Below are positions 27,322 to 36,561 of a stretch of DNA of 64,000 bases, in pieces (position 1 is the first letter of the stretch; the number at the start of each line of letters is the position of its first letter). This stretch comes from an uncultured Actinomycetes bacterium (GTDB lineage Bacteria; Actinomycetota; Thermoleophilia; Gaiellales; Gaiellaceae): NCBI GenBank assembly GCA_963728535.1, contig CAVSKK010000002.1, positions 7,390 through 71,389 of the forward strand, read 5' to 3'. The notes beneath the pieces are model-generated. The model was not told where the DNA came from. It saw only the letters and a list, made by a program, of their open reading frames with translations, and searched no databases. The translations under genes and the position numbers were made by a program.

Positions 27322-29955
27322 TTGCTGAAGCTGTTTCGACGCAAGCTACGCCCGGAGAGGGCCGCCAGTGAGACTGCCCCTCCAGCGCCACCACCAGCAG
27401 TAACCCGGCCGCCCGCTGAGGCGGGCGCACAAGGCACTCGACCACGACGAAGACGCGGATCCCGCGGCGGTCGCAACCGGCGTAAGCCTGCCGGCTCGGC
27501 CACCGCCACCGAGACCGCGACCAAGACCGAAGAGCCCAAGACCGCCGAGAAGAAGCCCGAGCGCAAGCCTCCCCAGAAGCGCCAGCGCTCCCAGCAGCAG
27601 TCCCGCCGCCGAGTCCCGGCCCGCCGCCCGCCGCTGCCGAAGGCGAAGCGTGAGCTACTCGTCTCCGTAGACGTCGGCGAACAACGTGTCGCCGTCATCG
27701 AGGACGGCCGGCCCGCCGAGGTCTACCTCGAGCGCCCGGAACGCCGCTCGATCGCGGGCAACATCTACAAGGGCACCGTCGACAACGTCCTCCCCGGCAT
27801 GGAGGCCGCGTTCGTCGAGATCGGCCTCGAGAAGAACGGCTTCCTCTACGTCGACGAGATCGTCGGCCCCGAGCTCGAAGGCAAGAGACACGGCCGAAAG
27901 ATCCAGGACCTGATCAAGCGCGGCCAGACGATCCTCGTCCAGTCCGTCAAGGACCCGATGAAGTCGAAGGGCGCGCGGCTCACCACGGAGATTTCTCTCC
28001 CCGGCCGCTTCGTCGTCTTCGTCCCGCACGGCGAGGGCCTCGGCGTCTCGCGCCGGCTCGACGACGCCGAGCGCGACCGCCTGCGCGACATCGTCAAGGC
28101 GATCGCACCCAAGAAGGGCGGCGTCATCGTCCGCACCGCAGCCGAAGGCGCTTCAGACGAGGACGTCGAGCGCGACCTCGTCTTCCTCCAGCGCCTCTGG
28201 AAGTCGATCGAGGCCAACGCCGAGAAGGCGAAGGCGCCCGCGCTCGTCTACCAGGAGGCCGAGCTGCCGCTTCGCGTCACGCGCGACCTCTTCACCGGCG
28301 ACTTCGAGAAAGCCGTCATCGACGACGAGCGCACGCACAAGCGCATCGTCGGCTACCTGAAGAAGACCTCGCCCCACATGGTCGACCGCGTCATCCGCTA
28401 CCGCGAGAAGACGCCGCTCTTCGAGCAGACCGGCGTCGAGGACGCGATCCAGTCGACGCTCTCGCGCCGGGTCGACCTGCCCTCCGGCGGCTACCTCGTC
28501 TTCGACTACGCCGAAGCGTTCACCGTCATCGACGTCAACACCGGCCGTTTCGTCGGATCGCGCTCGAAGAGCTCGACCGGGCGGCTCGAGGACACGATCA
28601 CGGCGAACAACCTGGAGGCCGTCAAGGAGGTCGTCCACCAGCTCCGGCTGCGCGACATCGGGGGGATCATCGTCATCGACTTCATTGACATGGGGAGCCC
28701 GAAGAACCGGGCAACCGTCGAGGAGGCGCTGAAGAACGAGCTCGAGCGAGACAGGACGAAGACATACGTCGTCGAGATCTCGCCGCTCGGCCTCGTCGAG
28801 ATGACGCGCCAGAACGTGACCGAGGGCCCACGCGAGATCCTCACGCAGAAGTGCCCGACCTGCGCGGGAGACGGAATCGTCCTCTCGACGCACTCCGCCG
28901 CGATCGACGCCGAGCGGCGCCTGCGGGCGCTCGCTGCGGGCTCGAAGCGCGGGTTGGAGGCCTACCGCGTCGAGATGGAGGCAAACGTCGCCTCGCACGT
29001 CATCGGCCCGGGCGCCCTGCGTCTGGCCGAGATCGAGCGGCTCTCGAAGCGCAGGTTCTTCATCGAGGGCAAGGCCGGCGTCGCGCTCGACCACTTCAAG
29101 GTCGGCGCCGAGGGCAAGCTCGTCGACCTCGCGCCGAAGGCTCCCGTCGAAGAGGGCGCGGAGATCCGGATCGAGCTCGTCGAAATCGGCCGTCACGACG
29201 TGAACGCGGGCATCGGCAAAGTCGACGGCCTGTCTGTCTCCGTCGCCGACGCGTCGAAGCTCGTCGGCAAGAAGGTGAAGGCCCGCGTCGAGCGCGTGCT
29301 GGACGGGGTCGCATACGCGACGCTCGTCCAGGCCGCGACGGCCAAGGTCGCGGTTCCGATCACCGCCGAGTCCGAGGCCGAGAAGCCGACGCGTGCCGTA
29401 CGCAAGAAGACGACGGATCCGAAGATCGAGGTTCCAAAAATCGAGGCTCCGGAGAAGGAGCAGGAGCCCGCCGCCGAGGCTGCTGAAGAGACTGTGGAAG
29501 CCGTCGCCGAGGAGGAGTCGCCCGCCGACGAGCCCGCTGCCGAGGCGAAGCCCGATGCCGAGGCGACTCCCGATGGCGCAGCCCCGCCGAAGAAGCGAAC
29601 CAGGCGCGGCTCACGCGGAGGCCGCAACCGGCGCAAGAAGCCGGCGGCAGCGGTCGCAGCCGAGAACGGCGAGCCGCCCGCAGACCAGGTGCCGAAGCCC
29701 GAGCCCCAGTCCCAGCCGCGACCCCAGCGGCAGCGTCAGCCCAAGCCGAAGGCCGACGGCGCATCGACCGCCACGATCCACGTCCCGTCTGCCGATCTGG
29801 GCACCGACGGCGACAACACGTCTGCTGCGGAGGGCGAGCAGCCAACCCCGAAGAAGCGAACGCGCCGCGGCAGCCGAGGCGGCCGAAACCGCCGCAAGAA
29901 GCCGGCAGGCGCCGGGACAGCGCCGGAAGCGAAGTCCGAGCCCTCCAGCGGCTGA
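27322..29955 (+). CDS. rne: ribonuclease E/G
   Basis: S1 domain (IYKGTVDNVLPGMEAAFVEIG), catalytic core (VIDVNTG, IGGIIVIDFIDM), Zn-link CPTCAGDG. Arg-rich disordered N- and C-terminal arms. Confidence 0.95.
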   Translation: MLKLFRRKLRPERAASETAPPAPPPAVTRPPAEAGAQGTRPRRRRGSRGGRNRRKPAGSATATETATKTEEPKTAEKKPERKPPQKRQRSQQQSRRRVPARRPPLPKAKRELLVSVDVGEQRVAVIEDGRPAEVYLERPERRSIAGNIYKGTVDNVLPGMEAAFVEIGLEKNGFLYVDEIVGPELEGKRHGRKIQDLIKRGQTILVQSVKDPMKSKGARLTTEISLPGRFVVFVPHGEGLGVSRRLDDAERDRLRDIVKAIAPKKGGVIVRTAAEGASDEDVERDLVFLQRLWKSIEANAEKAKAPALVYQEAELPLRVTRDLFTGDFEKAVIDDERTHKRIVGYLKKTSPHMVDRVIRYREKTPLFEQTGVEDAIQSTLSRRVDLPSGGYLVFDYAEAFTVIDVNTGRFVGSRSKSSTGRLEDTITANNLEAVKEVVHQLRLRDIGGIIVIDFIDMGSPKNRATVEEALKNELERDRTKTYVVEISPLGLVEMTRQNVTEGPREILTQKCPTCAGDGIVLSTHSAAIDAERRLRALAAGSKRGLEAYRVEMEANVASHVIGPGALRLAEIERLSKRRFFIEGKAGVALDHFKVGAEGKLVDLAPKAPVEEGAEIRIELVEIGRHDVNAGIGKVDGLSVSVADASKLVGKKVKARVERVLDGVAYATLVQAATAKVAVPITAESEAEKPTRAVRKKTTDPKIEVPKIEAPEKEQEPAAEAAEETVEAVAEEESPADEPAAEAKPDAEATPDGAAPPKKRTRRGSRGGRNRRKKPAAAVAAENGEPPADQVPKPEPQSQPRPQRQRQPKPKADGASTATIHVPSADLGTDGDNTSAAEGEQPTPKKRTRRGSRGGRNRRKKPAGAGTAPEAKSEPSSG

Positions 29956-30028
29956 GCTAGATCCTCTTCGGTTCGAATGGGACGCGTGGCGCCCCGAGGA
30001 CGCGAAGCGTCTGCTCGCCGGGATCGAC

Positions 30029-30559
30029 GTGCCTTGGTACGTCGCCGCCGGCTGGGCCATCGACCTCTACCTGGGCGGAGAGCACCGGGAGCACGAGGAT
30101 CTCGAGCTCGCGGTCCCGAACAGCCGCTTCGACGAGGTCGCCGAGGCTCTCGACGGGTTCGAGATCTACGTCATCACGGGGCCCGGTCGAGCCGCGCCGC
30201 TCGCTGAGGCCCGCGACCAGCTCGAGGAAACCCATCAGACCTGGGTTCTAGACCCGACCAAGGACCTCTGGCGGCTCGACGTCTTCCGCGAGCCCTCCGA
30301 CGGCGACACGTGGATCTGCCGCCGCGACGAGAGCATCAGGCTCTCCTACGACCACGTGATCGAGTGGACGGAAGACGGTATTCCGTACGGCCGGCCGGAG
30401 ATCGTCCTGCTCTTCAAGGCGAAGCACTCCCACCGGGAGCGCGACCAGCGCGACTTCGAGGCGGTCGTCCCGCGGCTCGAGCCGGAGCGCCGGCGCTGGC
30501 TCGCAGAGGCGCTCGAGCTCGTCCACCCGGGCCACCCGTGGCTCGCGGAGCTGGGCTAG
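30029..30559 (+). CDS. ANT(2'')-like nucleotidyltransferase-family protein
   Basis: WYVAAGWAIDLYLGGEHREHEDLELAV resembles the WIGGGWAIDxxLG...HDDIDL motif of aminoglycoside 2''-nucleotidyltransferase-family proteins. Start uncertain: there is no ATG/GTG/TTG between the rne stop and GTG 30029. Confidence 0.7.
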   Translation: MPWYVAAGWAIDLYLGGEHREHEDLELAVPNSRFDEVAEALDGFEIYVITGPGRAAPLAEARDQLEETHQTWVLDPTKDLWRLDVFREPSDGDTWICRRDESIRLSYDHVIEWTEDGIPYGRPEIVLLFKAKHSHRERDQRDFEAVVPRLEPERRRWLAEALELVHPGHPWLAELG

Positions 30560-30568
30560 CCTCGATAC

Positions 30569-31024
30569 GTGTCTCCGATCGACAACCAGGGCCGAATACG
30601 CACGCAGGCGCTCGCGCTGATCCGCCGGGGCGACAGGATCCTCGTCGAACGCTGCTACGACCGAGTGAAGGACGAGTGGTTCTGCCGACTGCTCGGCGGG
30701 ACGGTCGAGTTCCGCGAGCTGGCTGCGGAAACCGTGCGCCGCGAGCTACTCGAAGAACTGGGAGCCGAAGCCGACGTCGGCCCGCTCGTGGCGACGATCG
30801 AGAACATCTTCACCTTCGAAGGCGCGCCCGGACACGAGATCTGCCTCGTCTACGACACGAGCCTCCGGGACGAGCGGCTCTACGAGCTCGACGAGTGGGA
30901 GGCCGAGGAGATGACACCCGACGGCCCGATGACGCACGACGTCGCGTGGATGCCGCTCGATTCGTTCCGCAGCGAGGACGAGACCCTCTATCCCGAGGAT
31001 CTGCTCGGGATACTCAGCGTCTAG
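30569..31024 (+). CDS. NUDIX hydrolase
   Basis: Nudix box GGTVEFRELAAETVRRELLEELG. Confidence 0.9.
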   Translation: MSPIDNQGRIRTQALALIRRGDRILVERCYDRVKDEWFCRLLGGTVEFRELAAETVRRELLEELGAEADVGPLVATIENIFTFEGAPGHEICLVYDTSLRDERLYELDEWEAEEMTPDGPMTHDVAWMPLDSFRSEDETLYPEDLLGILSV

Positions 31025-31623
31025 GCAGCCCAGGAGAACGGCGCAGAATGGCCGTTCTTGCCGTTGTTGTCGAACTCCATGCCGAACGCCTGGATCTTCG
31101 AGCGCGTCGCCTTCGCGACCGTCAGCGTCGAGTTCGACGGATGGACGATCCCGGTCAAGCGCGATGGCTCGGAAGAGCCGTCCGGAACGATGTCCTCGAT
31201 CTCGATATCGATCCCGTCGCCTGCCTTCAGACGGTGTTTGAAGCCGTCGTCCTCGTACTCGATTGGCATGTGCTCGAGGCCGAGCATCTCGGTGATCAGG
31301 GGCGCCAGCATCGCCATCGGGCCGCCCTTTTCGCCGCCGAAGACCGCTCCGAGGGCCTGGGTTTGCTCCTGGGACGCACCGTCATCCATCACCAGGCCGA
31401 CCCGCCAGTTGCCGTCGGTCATCCGCTTGGGCGTGTCCGCCAGGACCGCGACCGTCCGTCCGGAGACGTCTACTCCTTCGATATCCCCGCTGTCGACGTG
31501 GTAGACGAGTACGACGGTGCATCGGTCGTAGTCCGCCGGAAGCGTGAGGCTGCTCGCGCTGCACGGGCACACGACGTCGCAATTGCAGTTCTCAAAGTAG
31601 GTCCCCTCCAGCTTCCAAGACAT
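31021..31623 (-). CDS. DUF1326-family protein
   Basis: MSWKLEGTYFENCNCDVVCPC Cys-rich N-terminus, typical of DUF1326. Confidence 0.85.
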   Translation of the reverse strand: MSWKLEGTYFENCNCDVVCPCSASSLTLPADYDRCTVVLVYHVDSGDIEGVDVSGRTVAVLADTPKRMTDGNWRVGLVMDDGASQEQTQALGAVFGGEKGGPMAMLAPLITEMLGLEHMPIEYEDDGFKHRLKAGDGIDIEIEDIVPDGSSEPSRLTGIVHPSNSTLTVAKATRSKIQAFGMEFDNNGKNGHSAPFSWAA

Positions 31624-31626
31624 GGG

Positions 31627-32475
31627 CTACCTCCGCTTCGAATCGACCGATCGATCTTCCTCCCGTAGGACCCCCTGGTCAAGCGCGAAGTAGATCGCTG
31701 CGGCGGCGAGAATCGTCACGCCCCAGGCCCAGTTCACGCCGGGGCGGAGCATGTCCGGGACCGTCCACGAGGCCCAGCCGCGCTCGACGATCTGCTCGTT
31801 CCAGCCGTCGTTCGCCATGTTCCCGACGCCGTAGGGGATCATCACCGAGAGGTAGACGGCGAGCGCGGTGCGCAGCCGCGTCGGAGTCATCCGCGGGAGC
31901 TCCCGTGACAGGAGGAGCGCCGTCAGGACGAGCAGGAGCCCCTGGAGGCCATGGTGCTCGCCGAGATGGACGGCAGCATGCCCCTCGAAGACCTGCTTCG
32001 AGCGGAAGATCGATGCCAGCCCCGGCACGTCGCCGATGTAGAGCCCGACCTCGGCGAAGATCCACGGCAGCGCGAGGACCGCAAGCACCGTCGCAACAGC
32101 GATTCGCACGCGGTCGCCGTCTGCGCTCCCCGATCCCCCGATCCCGCCCGCGCGTACGGCGAAGAGGGTCATTGCGAGCACGATCGCGACGCCGAGGGCG
32201 GGGAGGACGTTGATCCACTGCGCGTCGAGATCGTTCTCGTCGACGACTCCCGGTACGAGGATCACGAGGCACAGCCCGAGCGGCAGAAGCGAAGGCCAGC
32301 GCGTGCCGAGCCGGTCGGTCACGAGCGCGAGCACTGCGATCGCCATCAGCGCAACCGGGAAGTTCAGGAAAACGAGCACGCGGCCCGCTCCGCCGGCGAG
32401 TCCGCCGTGGGTGACGTTGTAGAGCCCCGCCGGGGCCACGAGCGAGTACGTCAGGAGCACGGAGAGCCCAACCAC
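31627..32475 (-). CDS. polytopic membrane protein (possibly the DUF2182-type partner of DUF1326)
   Basis: Multiple TM helices and a His-rich loop EGHAAVHLGEHHG. Lies immediately upstream of the DUF1326 gene on the same strand. Start uncertain (GTG 32475 or TTG 32577). The rest of the ORF-track call is antisense to rplU. Confidence 0.6.
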   Translation of the reverse strand: MVGLSVLLTYSLVAPAGLYNVTHGGLAGGAGRVLVFLNFPVALMAIAVLALVTDRLGTRWPSLLPLGLCLVILVPGVVDENDLDAQWINVLPALGVAIVLAMTLFAVRAGGIGGSGSADGDRVRIAVATVLAVLALPWIFAEVGLYIGDVPGLASIFRSKQVFEGHAAVHLGEHHGLQGLLLVLTALLLSRELPRMTPTRLRTALAVYLSVMIPYGVGNMANDGWNEQIVERGWASWTVPDMLRPGVNWAWGVTILAAAAIYFALDQGVLREEDRSVDSKRR

Positions 32476-32577
32476 CGCGACAAGGCTCCAGACGACGAGA
32501 GCTTCGGCGAGCCCCGGGCCGCGCGAACCTTGGCTAAACTGACTCTCTCGCGGGCTCGAGCCCGCGTTTCCACGCAA

Positions 32578-32994
32578 ATGGCCGATTACGCGATCATCGC
32601 ACTGGGTGGCAAGCAATACCGCGTCCGCGAGGGCGAGAAGCTGCTCGTGGACCGGGTCAAGACCGACGAGGGCAAGACGTTCCATCCGGACCTCCTCTTC
32701 GTCGGCGGCGACGGCAAGGCCGAGTTCAAGCCCAAGACGCAGGTGACCGCGAAGGTCGTCGGTCACGTCCTCGGCGAGAAGATCCGGATCGGCAAGTACA
32801 AGGCGAAGAAGGGTTACCGGCGACACACCGGCTACCGCAGCAAGCTGACGCAGATCGAGATCACGTCGATCGGTGCGAAGGCCGCGGCCGCGAAGCCCAA
32901 GAGCGAGGCGGCCGAGAAGAAGCCTGCCGCCGAGAAGAAGCCGGCCGCAGCGAAGAAGCCGGCAGCGTCCACGACGAAGAAGGCAGAGAGCTAA
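32578..32994 (+). CDS. rplU: 50S ribosomal protein L21 with Lys/Ala-rich C-terminal extension
   Basis: [27 protein letters not shown]..., then a tail [39 protein letters not shown]. Confidence 0.95.
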   Translation: MADYAIIALGGKQYRVREGEKLLVDRVKTDEGKTFHPDLLFVGGDGKAEFKPKTQVTAKVVGHVLGEKIRIGKYKAKKGYRRHTGYRSKLTQIEITSIGAKAAAAKPKSEAAEKKPAAEKKPAAAKKPAASTTKKAES

Positions 32995-33248
32995 TGGCAC
33001 ACAAAAAAGGTCTTGGTTCCTCCAGGAACGGTCGCGACTCGCAGGCCAAGCGCCTCGGCGTGAAGATCTACGACGGCCAGACGGTGATCGCGGGCATGAT
33101 CCTTGTCCGCCAGCGCGGCACGAAGTTCCGGCCGGGCAACGGCGCGGGCATCGGCCGCGACCACACGATTTTCGCCAAGCGCGACGGCAAGGTCGCGTTC
33201 GAGACGAGCGGCGAGCGCCGCGTCGTCGCCGTCACCGACTCGGAGTAG
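32994..33248 (+). CDS. rpmA: 50S ribosomal protein L27
   Basis: [24 protein letters not shown]... TAATG overlap with rplU. Confidence 0.97.
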   Translation: MAHKKGLGSSRNGRDSQAKRLGVKIYDGQTVIAGMILVRQRGTKFRPGNGAGIGRDHTIFAKRDGKVAFETSGERRVVAVTDSE

Positions 33249-33253
33249 GACCC

Positions 33254-34441
33254 GTGTTCCACGATCGCGCGCGCATCCGGGTGAAAGCCGGGCGCGGCGG
33301 CGACGGCGCGATGAGCTTCCGGCGCGAGAAGCACGTCCCCAAGGGCGGGCCCGACGGCGGTGACGGCGGGCCGGGTGGAGACGTCGTCGTTGTCGCCGAC
33401 CCGGATCTCCGCGACCTGTCGGCGCTGCAGCGGCGCAAGTGGATCGAGGCCAAGCGCGGCCAGTCCGGCGGGGGCTCGGGGAAGCACGGCGCTTCGGGCG
33501 AGAGCGTCGAGCTGCGCGTGCCCGCCGGGACGCAGATCTACGAGGACGACAAGCTCGTCGCCGACCTCGCGAGCCCGGGCGCGCGCGTGGTCCTCGGGCG
33601 CGGCGGGGCCGGGGGGAGAGGGAACCGCCGCTTTGCGACCCCGACGCGGCAGACGCCCCGCTTCGCCGAGGTCGGCTTGCCCGGCGAAGAGGCCCAGCTC
33701 GAGCTGCGGCTGAAACTCATGGCCGACGCGGCGCTCGTCGGGCTCCCAAATGCGGGGAAGTCGTCACTCCTGACGCGGATCTCGAACGCGCGGCCCAAGG
33801 TCGCCGAATACCCGTTCACGACGCTCGCGCCGATTCTCGGCACGGTCGACGCGCCAGACGGGCGGCAGCTGACCGTCGCGGACGTTCCCGGGCTGATCGA
33901 GGGCGCGAGCGAGGGCGTCGGCCTCGGCCACGAGTTCCTCGCGCACCTGGAGCGCGCCCGTCTACTCGTGCACGTGATCGACTCCGCGGACGGCGAGCCC
34001 GCCGAGCGCTGGGCTGCGATCGACCGCGAGCTGACCGCCTACGGGGCCGGCCTCGACGAGCTCCCGCAGGTCGTGGTCCTGAACAAGACCGATCTGCTTC
34101 CCGAGCCGCCCAGGCTCGACGTCGAGGACGAGCGGATCATCGCGGTCTCTCTCGTCTCGTGCGCGACCGGCGCGGGTATCGAGGAGTTCCGCCGGGGTCT
34201 CTTCCAGCACGTGCCGGAGCCCGAGGCGCTTCCCGAGGCGAGCCCCGAAGGGCTGGCCGACTTCCTCGTCTATCGGCCCGAGCCGCGCGGCCGGCGCTTC
34301 CGGATCTTCCGCACCGACACGGGCTTCCGCGTCATGGGCCGCCCGCCCGGCGACGCGGAGCTGGCGGAGGCCCTGAAGGCTGCCGGGGCGAAGACGGGCG
34401 ACGAGGTCGCGATCGGCGACGAGGTGAGCGAGCTCGCGTGA
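33254..34441 (+). CDS. obg: GTPase Obg/CgtA
   Basis: VFHDRARIRVKAGRGGDGAMSFRREK glycine-rich Obg fold. G1 GLPNAGKSS, G3 DVPGLIEGA, G4 NKTD. Confidence 0.96.
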   Translation: MFHDRARIRVKAGRGGDGAMSFRREKHVPKGGPDGGDGGPGGDVVVVADPDLRDLSALQRRKWIEAKRGQSGGGSGKHGASGESVELRVPAGTQIYEDDKLVADLASPGARVVLGRGGAGGRGNRRFATPTRQTPRFAEVGLPGEEAQLELRLKLMADAALVGLPNAGKSSLLTRISNARPKVAEYPFTTLAPILGTVDAPDGRQLTVADVPGLIEGASEGVGLGHEFLAHLERARLLVHVIDSADGEPAERWAAIDRELTAYGAGLDELPQVVVLNKTDLLPEPPRLDVEDERIIAVSLVSCATGAGIEEFRRGLFQHVPEPEALPEASPEGLADFLVYRPEPRGRRFRIFRTDTGFRVMGRPPGDAELAEALKAAGAKTGDEVAIGDEVSELA

Positions 34442-34971
34442 CCGGGATTCTGGGCGGCACCTTCGACCCGCCCCACATCGGGCACGTCGCGCTTGCGAAG
34501 GCGGCGCTCGAGCAGCTGCCGATCGACGAGCTGGCCGTCCTCGTCATCGAGCATCCCGGCCACCGCGGCGTGGTTGCGGATCCGCAGACGCGTCTTCGGC
34601 TGGCTCAGGCGGCATTCCCCGGGATGAGCGTCCGGCTCGATCCGAACGCGTTCACGGTTGACGCCGTGCGGGCCGGAGGGTTCGGCGAGGACGCGCTCTT
34701 CATCGTCGGCGCTGACCAGGCCGCCGGGTTCGGCACCTGGCGGGAGCCCGAGGAGGTCCTGAAGTGGGTCAAGCTCGCCGTCGGCACGCGCGCCGGCTAT
34801 CCGCTGCCGGACCTCTCGCGCTTCGCCGACCGAGTCGTTGTCTTCGAGCTCGCCTCGCCCGACGTCTCGTCGAGCGAGATCCGCAAGCGGATCGCGGCCG
34901 GCGAGCCGATCGACGATCTCGTCCCGCCGGCCGTCGCGCGATTGATCGAAGAGCTAGGTCTGTACCGTTAG
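34438..34971 (+). CDS. nadD: nicotinate-nucleotide adenylyltransferase
   Basis: GILGGTFDPPHIGH motif. GTGA overlap with the obg stop. Confidence 0.92.
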   Translation: MTGILGGTFDPPHIGHVALAKAALEQLPIDELAVLVIEHPGHRGVVADPQTRLRLAQAAFPGMSVRLDPNAFTVDAVRAGGFGEDALFIVGADQAAGFGTWREPEEVLKWVKLAVGTRAGYPLPDLSRFADRVVVFELASPDVSSSEIRKRIAAGEPIDDLVPPAVARLIEELGLYR

Positions 34972-35879
34972 CGCCGCTTGCGGACCTGGGTCACCCAGTA
35001 CTCGTCCGGGGGCGGCGGCGGCCCGAACCTGGCGTTGACCGCATACAGACGGTTGCCGAAGTCGTCGACCGTCGTCGGCCCGGCGAAGTCGTCAGAGGTG
35101 ATCGTCCGCCGGACGGTCCCGGACCGGAGGTCGGATCGCAACCTGATCACGACGATCCCGTCGCCCGGGCTGCGCACCACGGCATAGAGCGTCCGCCCGT
35201 CGAGCAGGAGCCCGTCGCCGGTCACGGTTGCGCCGTCGAGATCGATCTCGCGGGCCACACCGCGCCGGTTGACCTTGAACAGCTGGCCGGTGTTGGACTG
35301 GACGATGATCAGCCTCTTGCCGTTCGGCGTCGCGTCGATGCCGTTTACGTTGAATCCGGCCTGGTAAACGATGTCGCCGGTCAGCGGCACCTCCTGCGGT
35401 GTCCCGATCTGGCCGTTGTGGCCAATCGGCACCTTGTAGAGGAACTGGCGCATCGAGTCGGTGAACCACGCCGCCCGCTTCGTCACCACGACGTCGTTCA
35501 CGAACGTCGCCGACTCGTCGGTGAAGTTGAACTGCGCGATGTCGGCGCCGGTGCTCGCGTTGTAGACATAGCCGTCACCGGTCGGTCCCCCGGCGACCCA
35601 GAGCCGGTTGCGGTGGCTGACCTCGATGCCGATCGCCCGTCGTCCGCGGTTGGGGACGAGCTCCGCGCCCTGTCCGGTGCGCAGATCGCCGCGATAGACA
35701 CGGCCGGTTGGGATCGAGCCGACGTAGAAGTTCGTGCCTCTCCCGATCGCGATCCCTTCCGGCTGCCAGCCGTTCGGGAGATCGATGTGATCGGGGAAGC
35801 CTCTTGAGCTCGTGGCGGCGAGCGGGAGAGCAAGGGCGAGACCCGCAAGCGCCACGAGCAAGTGAGTGCGTTTCATCAC
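34968..35879 (-). CDS. secreted beta-propeller protein (SMP-30/gluconolactonase/LRE-like)
   Basis: Signal peptide MMKRTHLLVALAGLALALPLAA. Repeated blade-like segments (PEGIAIG..., NGIDATPNGKRLIIV...). Its stop overlaps the nadD stop on the opposite strand. Confidence 0.7.
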   Translation of the reverse strand: MMKRTHLLVALAGLALALPLAATSSRGFPDHIDLPNGWQPEGIAIGRGTNFYVGSIPTGRVYRGDLRTGQGAELVPNRGRRAIGIEVSHRNRLWVAGGPTGDGYVYNASTGADIAQFNFTDESATFVNDVVVTKRAAWFTDSMRQFLYKVPIGHNGQIGTPQEVPLTGDIVYQAGFNVNGIDATPNGKRLIIVQSNTGQLFKVNRRGVAREIDLDGATVTGDGLLLDGRTLYAVVRSPGDGIVVIRLRSDLRSGTVRRTITSDDFAGPTTVDDFGNRLYAVNARFGPPPPPDEYWVTQVRKRR

Positions 35880-35962
35880 GAGCTCCTTTCTTGGAGTCCT
35901 TCTTGGCCTACCCCGGTTTACGGAAAACGAACGCCTCCGGTTCGCACGGCCTCTCCAGATCG

Positions 35963-36337
35963 TTAGTCGAGGTCGAGCGCGATGCGAAGGGCGGTGTGCA
36001 GGCGAAGCAACGCTTCAGGGTCGAGCTCGCCGCGGTGGGTGCTCAGCGCGCTTTTCGGGATCGTGAACAGGTTGTCGCAGTTCACGACGCATTCTCGCGC
36101 GAGACCGTGCTCTCGCCCGAGCGGAACCTCAGTGGGAAGATCGCGGATCGTGCCTGTCACCCCCGCGACCGTAATGTTCGCGAGGAACGGAATCGCCCGG
36201 TCGCGCGTGACGACAACAGCGGGCCGTCGTCCGCCTGGCAGCTCGACGTCGTAGATCGCGCCGCGGTTCAGAGTGGCTTGCCGCCCTCGGTCCGGTCGAA
36301 CTGCTCCAAACCGGCTAAGCCAACCTCGCCGATCCAT
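35963..36337 (-). CDS. MazF/PemK-family type II toxin
   Basis: RGAIYDVELPGGRRPAVVVTRD...NITVAGVTG...VVNCDNLFTIPKS follows the MazF/PemK pattern. Start uncertain; it may lie near the antitoxin stop. Confidence 0.8.
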   Translation of the reverse strand: MDRRGWLSRFGAVRPDRGRQATLNRGAIYDVELPGGRRPAVVVTRDRAIPFLANITVAGVTGTIRDLPTEVPLGREHGLARECVVNCDNLFTIPKSALSTHRGELDPEALLRLHTALRIALDLD

Positions 36338-36528
36338 TCCTCCTGCGGATGCTCGGCATAGCCTCTGCGGTAAGCCGCATCGATCGCGAGTTCACGCTCG
36401 TCGTGAAGGAGGCGCGCTAGGCCGGCCCGAAGCGCTTCGCTCCTGTTTGCGAAGCGGCCTTCCTCGATCAACTCGTCCAAGACGGCCAGGTCCGATTCTG
36501 TCATACGCACTGGTACTTGCGTCGTCAT
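36268..36528 (-). CDS. ribbon-helix-helix (CopG-like) antitoxin
   Basis: VPVRMTESDLAVLDELIEEGRFANRSEALRAGLARLL is an RHH motif. Lies immediately upstream of the MazF-like gene and overlaps it. Confidence 0.8.
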   Translation of the reverse strand: MTTQVPVRMTESDLAVLDELIEEGRFANRSEALRAGLARLLHDERELAIDAAYRRGYAEHPQEEWIGEVGLAGLEQFDRTEGGKPL

Positions 36529-36561
36529 ACAGTGAGTATACCACTCATCGATCGAAGGGTT

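Noticed and set aside
29393-30028. Upstream 210 codons of the 388-aa ORF
   Set aside because: It overlaps the rne C-terminal arm in another frame. The Arg/Pro/Ser-rich sequence is a composition artefact. The real gene starts after the rne stop.
30310-31668. 452-aa plus ORF
   Set aside because: It is out of frame across the nucleotidyltransferase and Nudix genes and antisense to the DUF1326 gene. The sequence is Arg-rich.
32476-33000. N-terminal extension of the 457-aa minus ORF
   Set aside because: It is antisense to rplU. The low-complexity L/R/G sequence is unlike the TM-rich downstream part.
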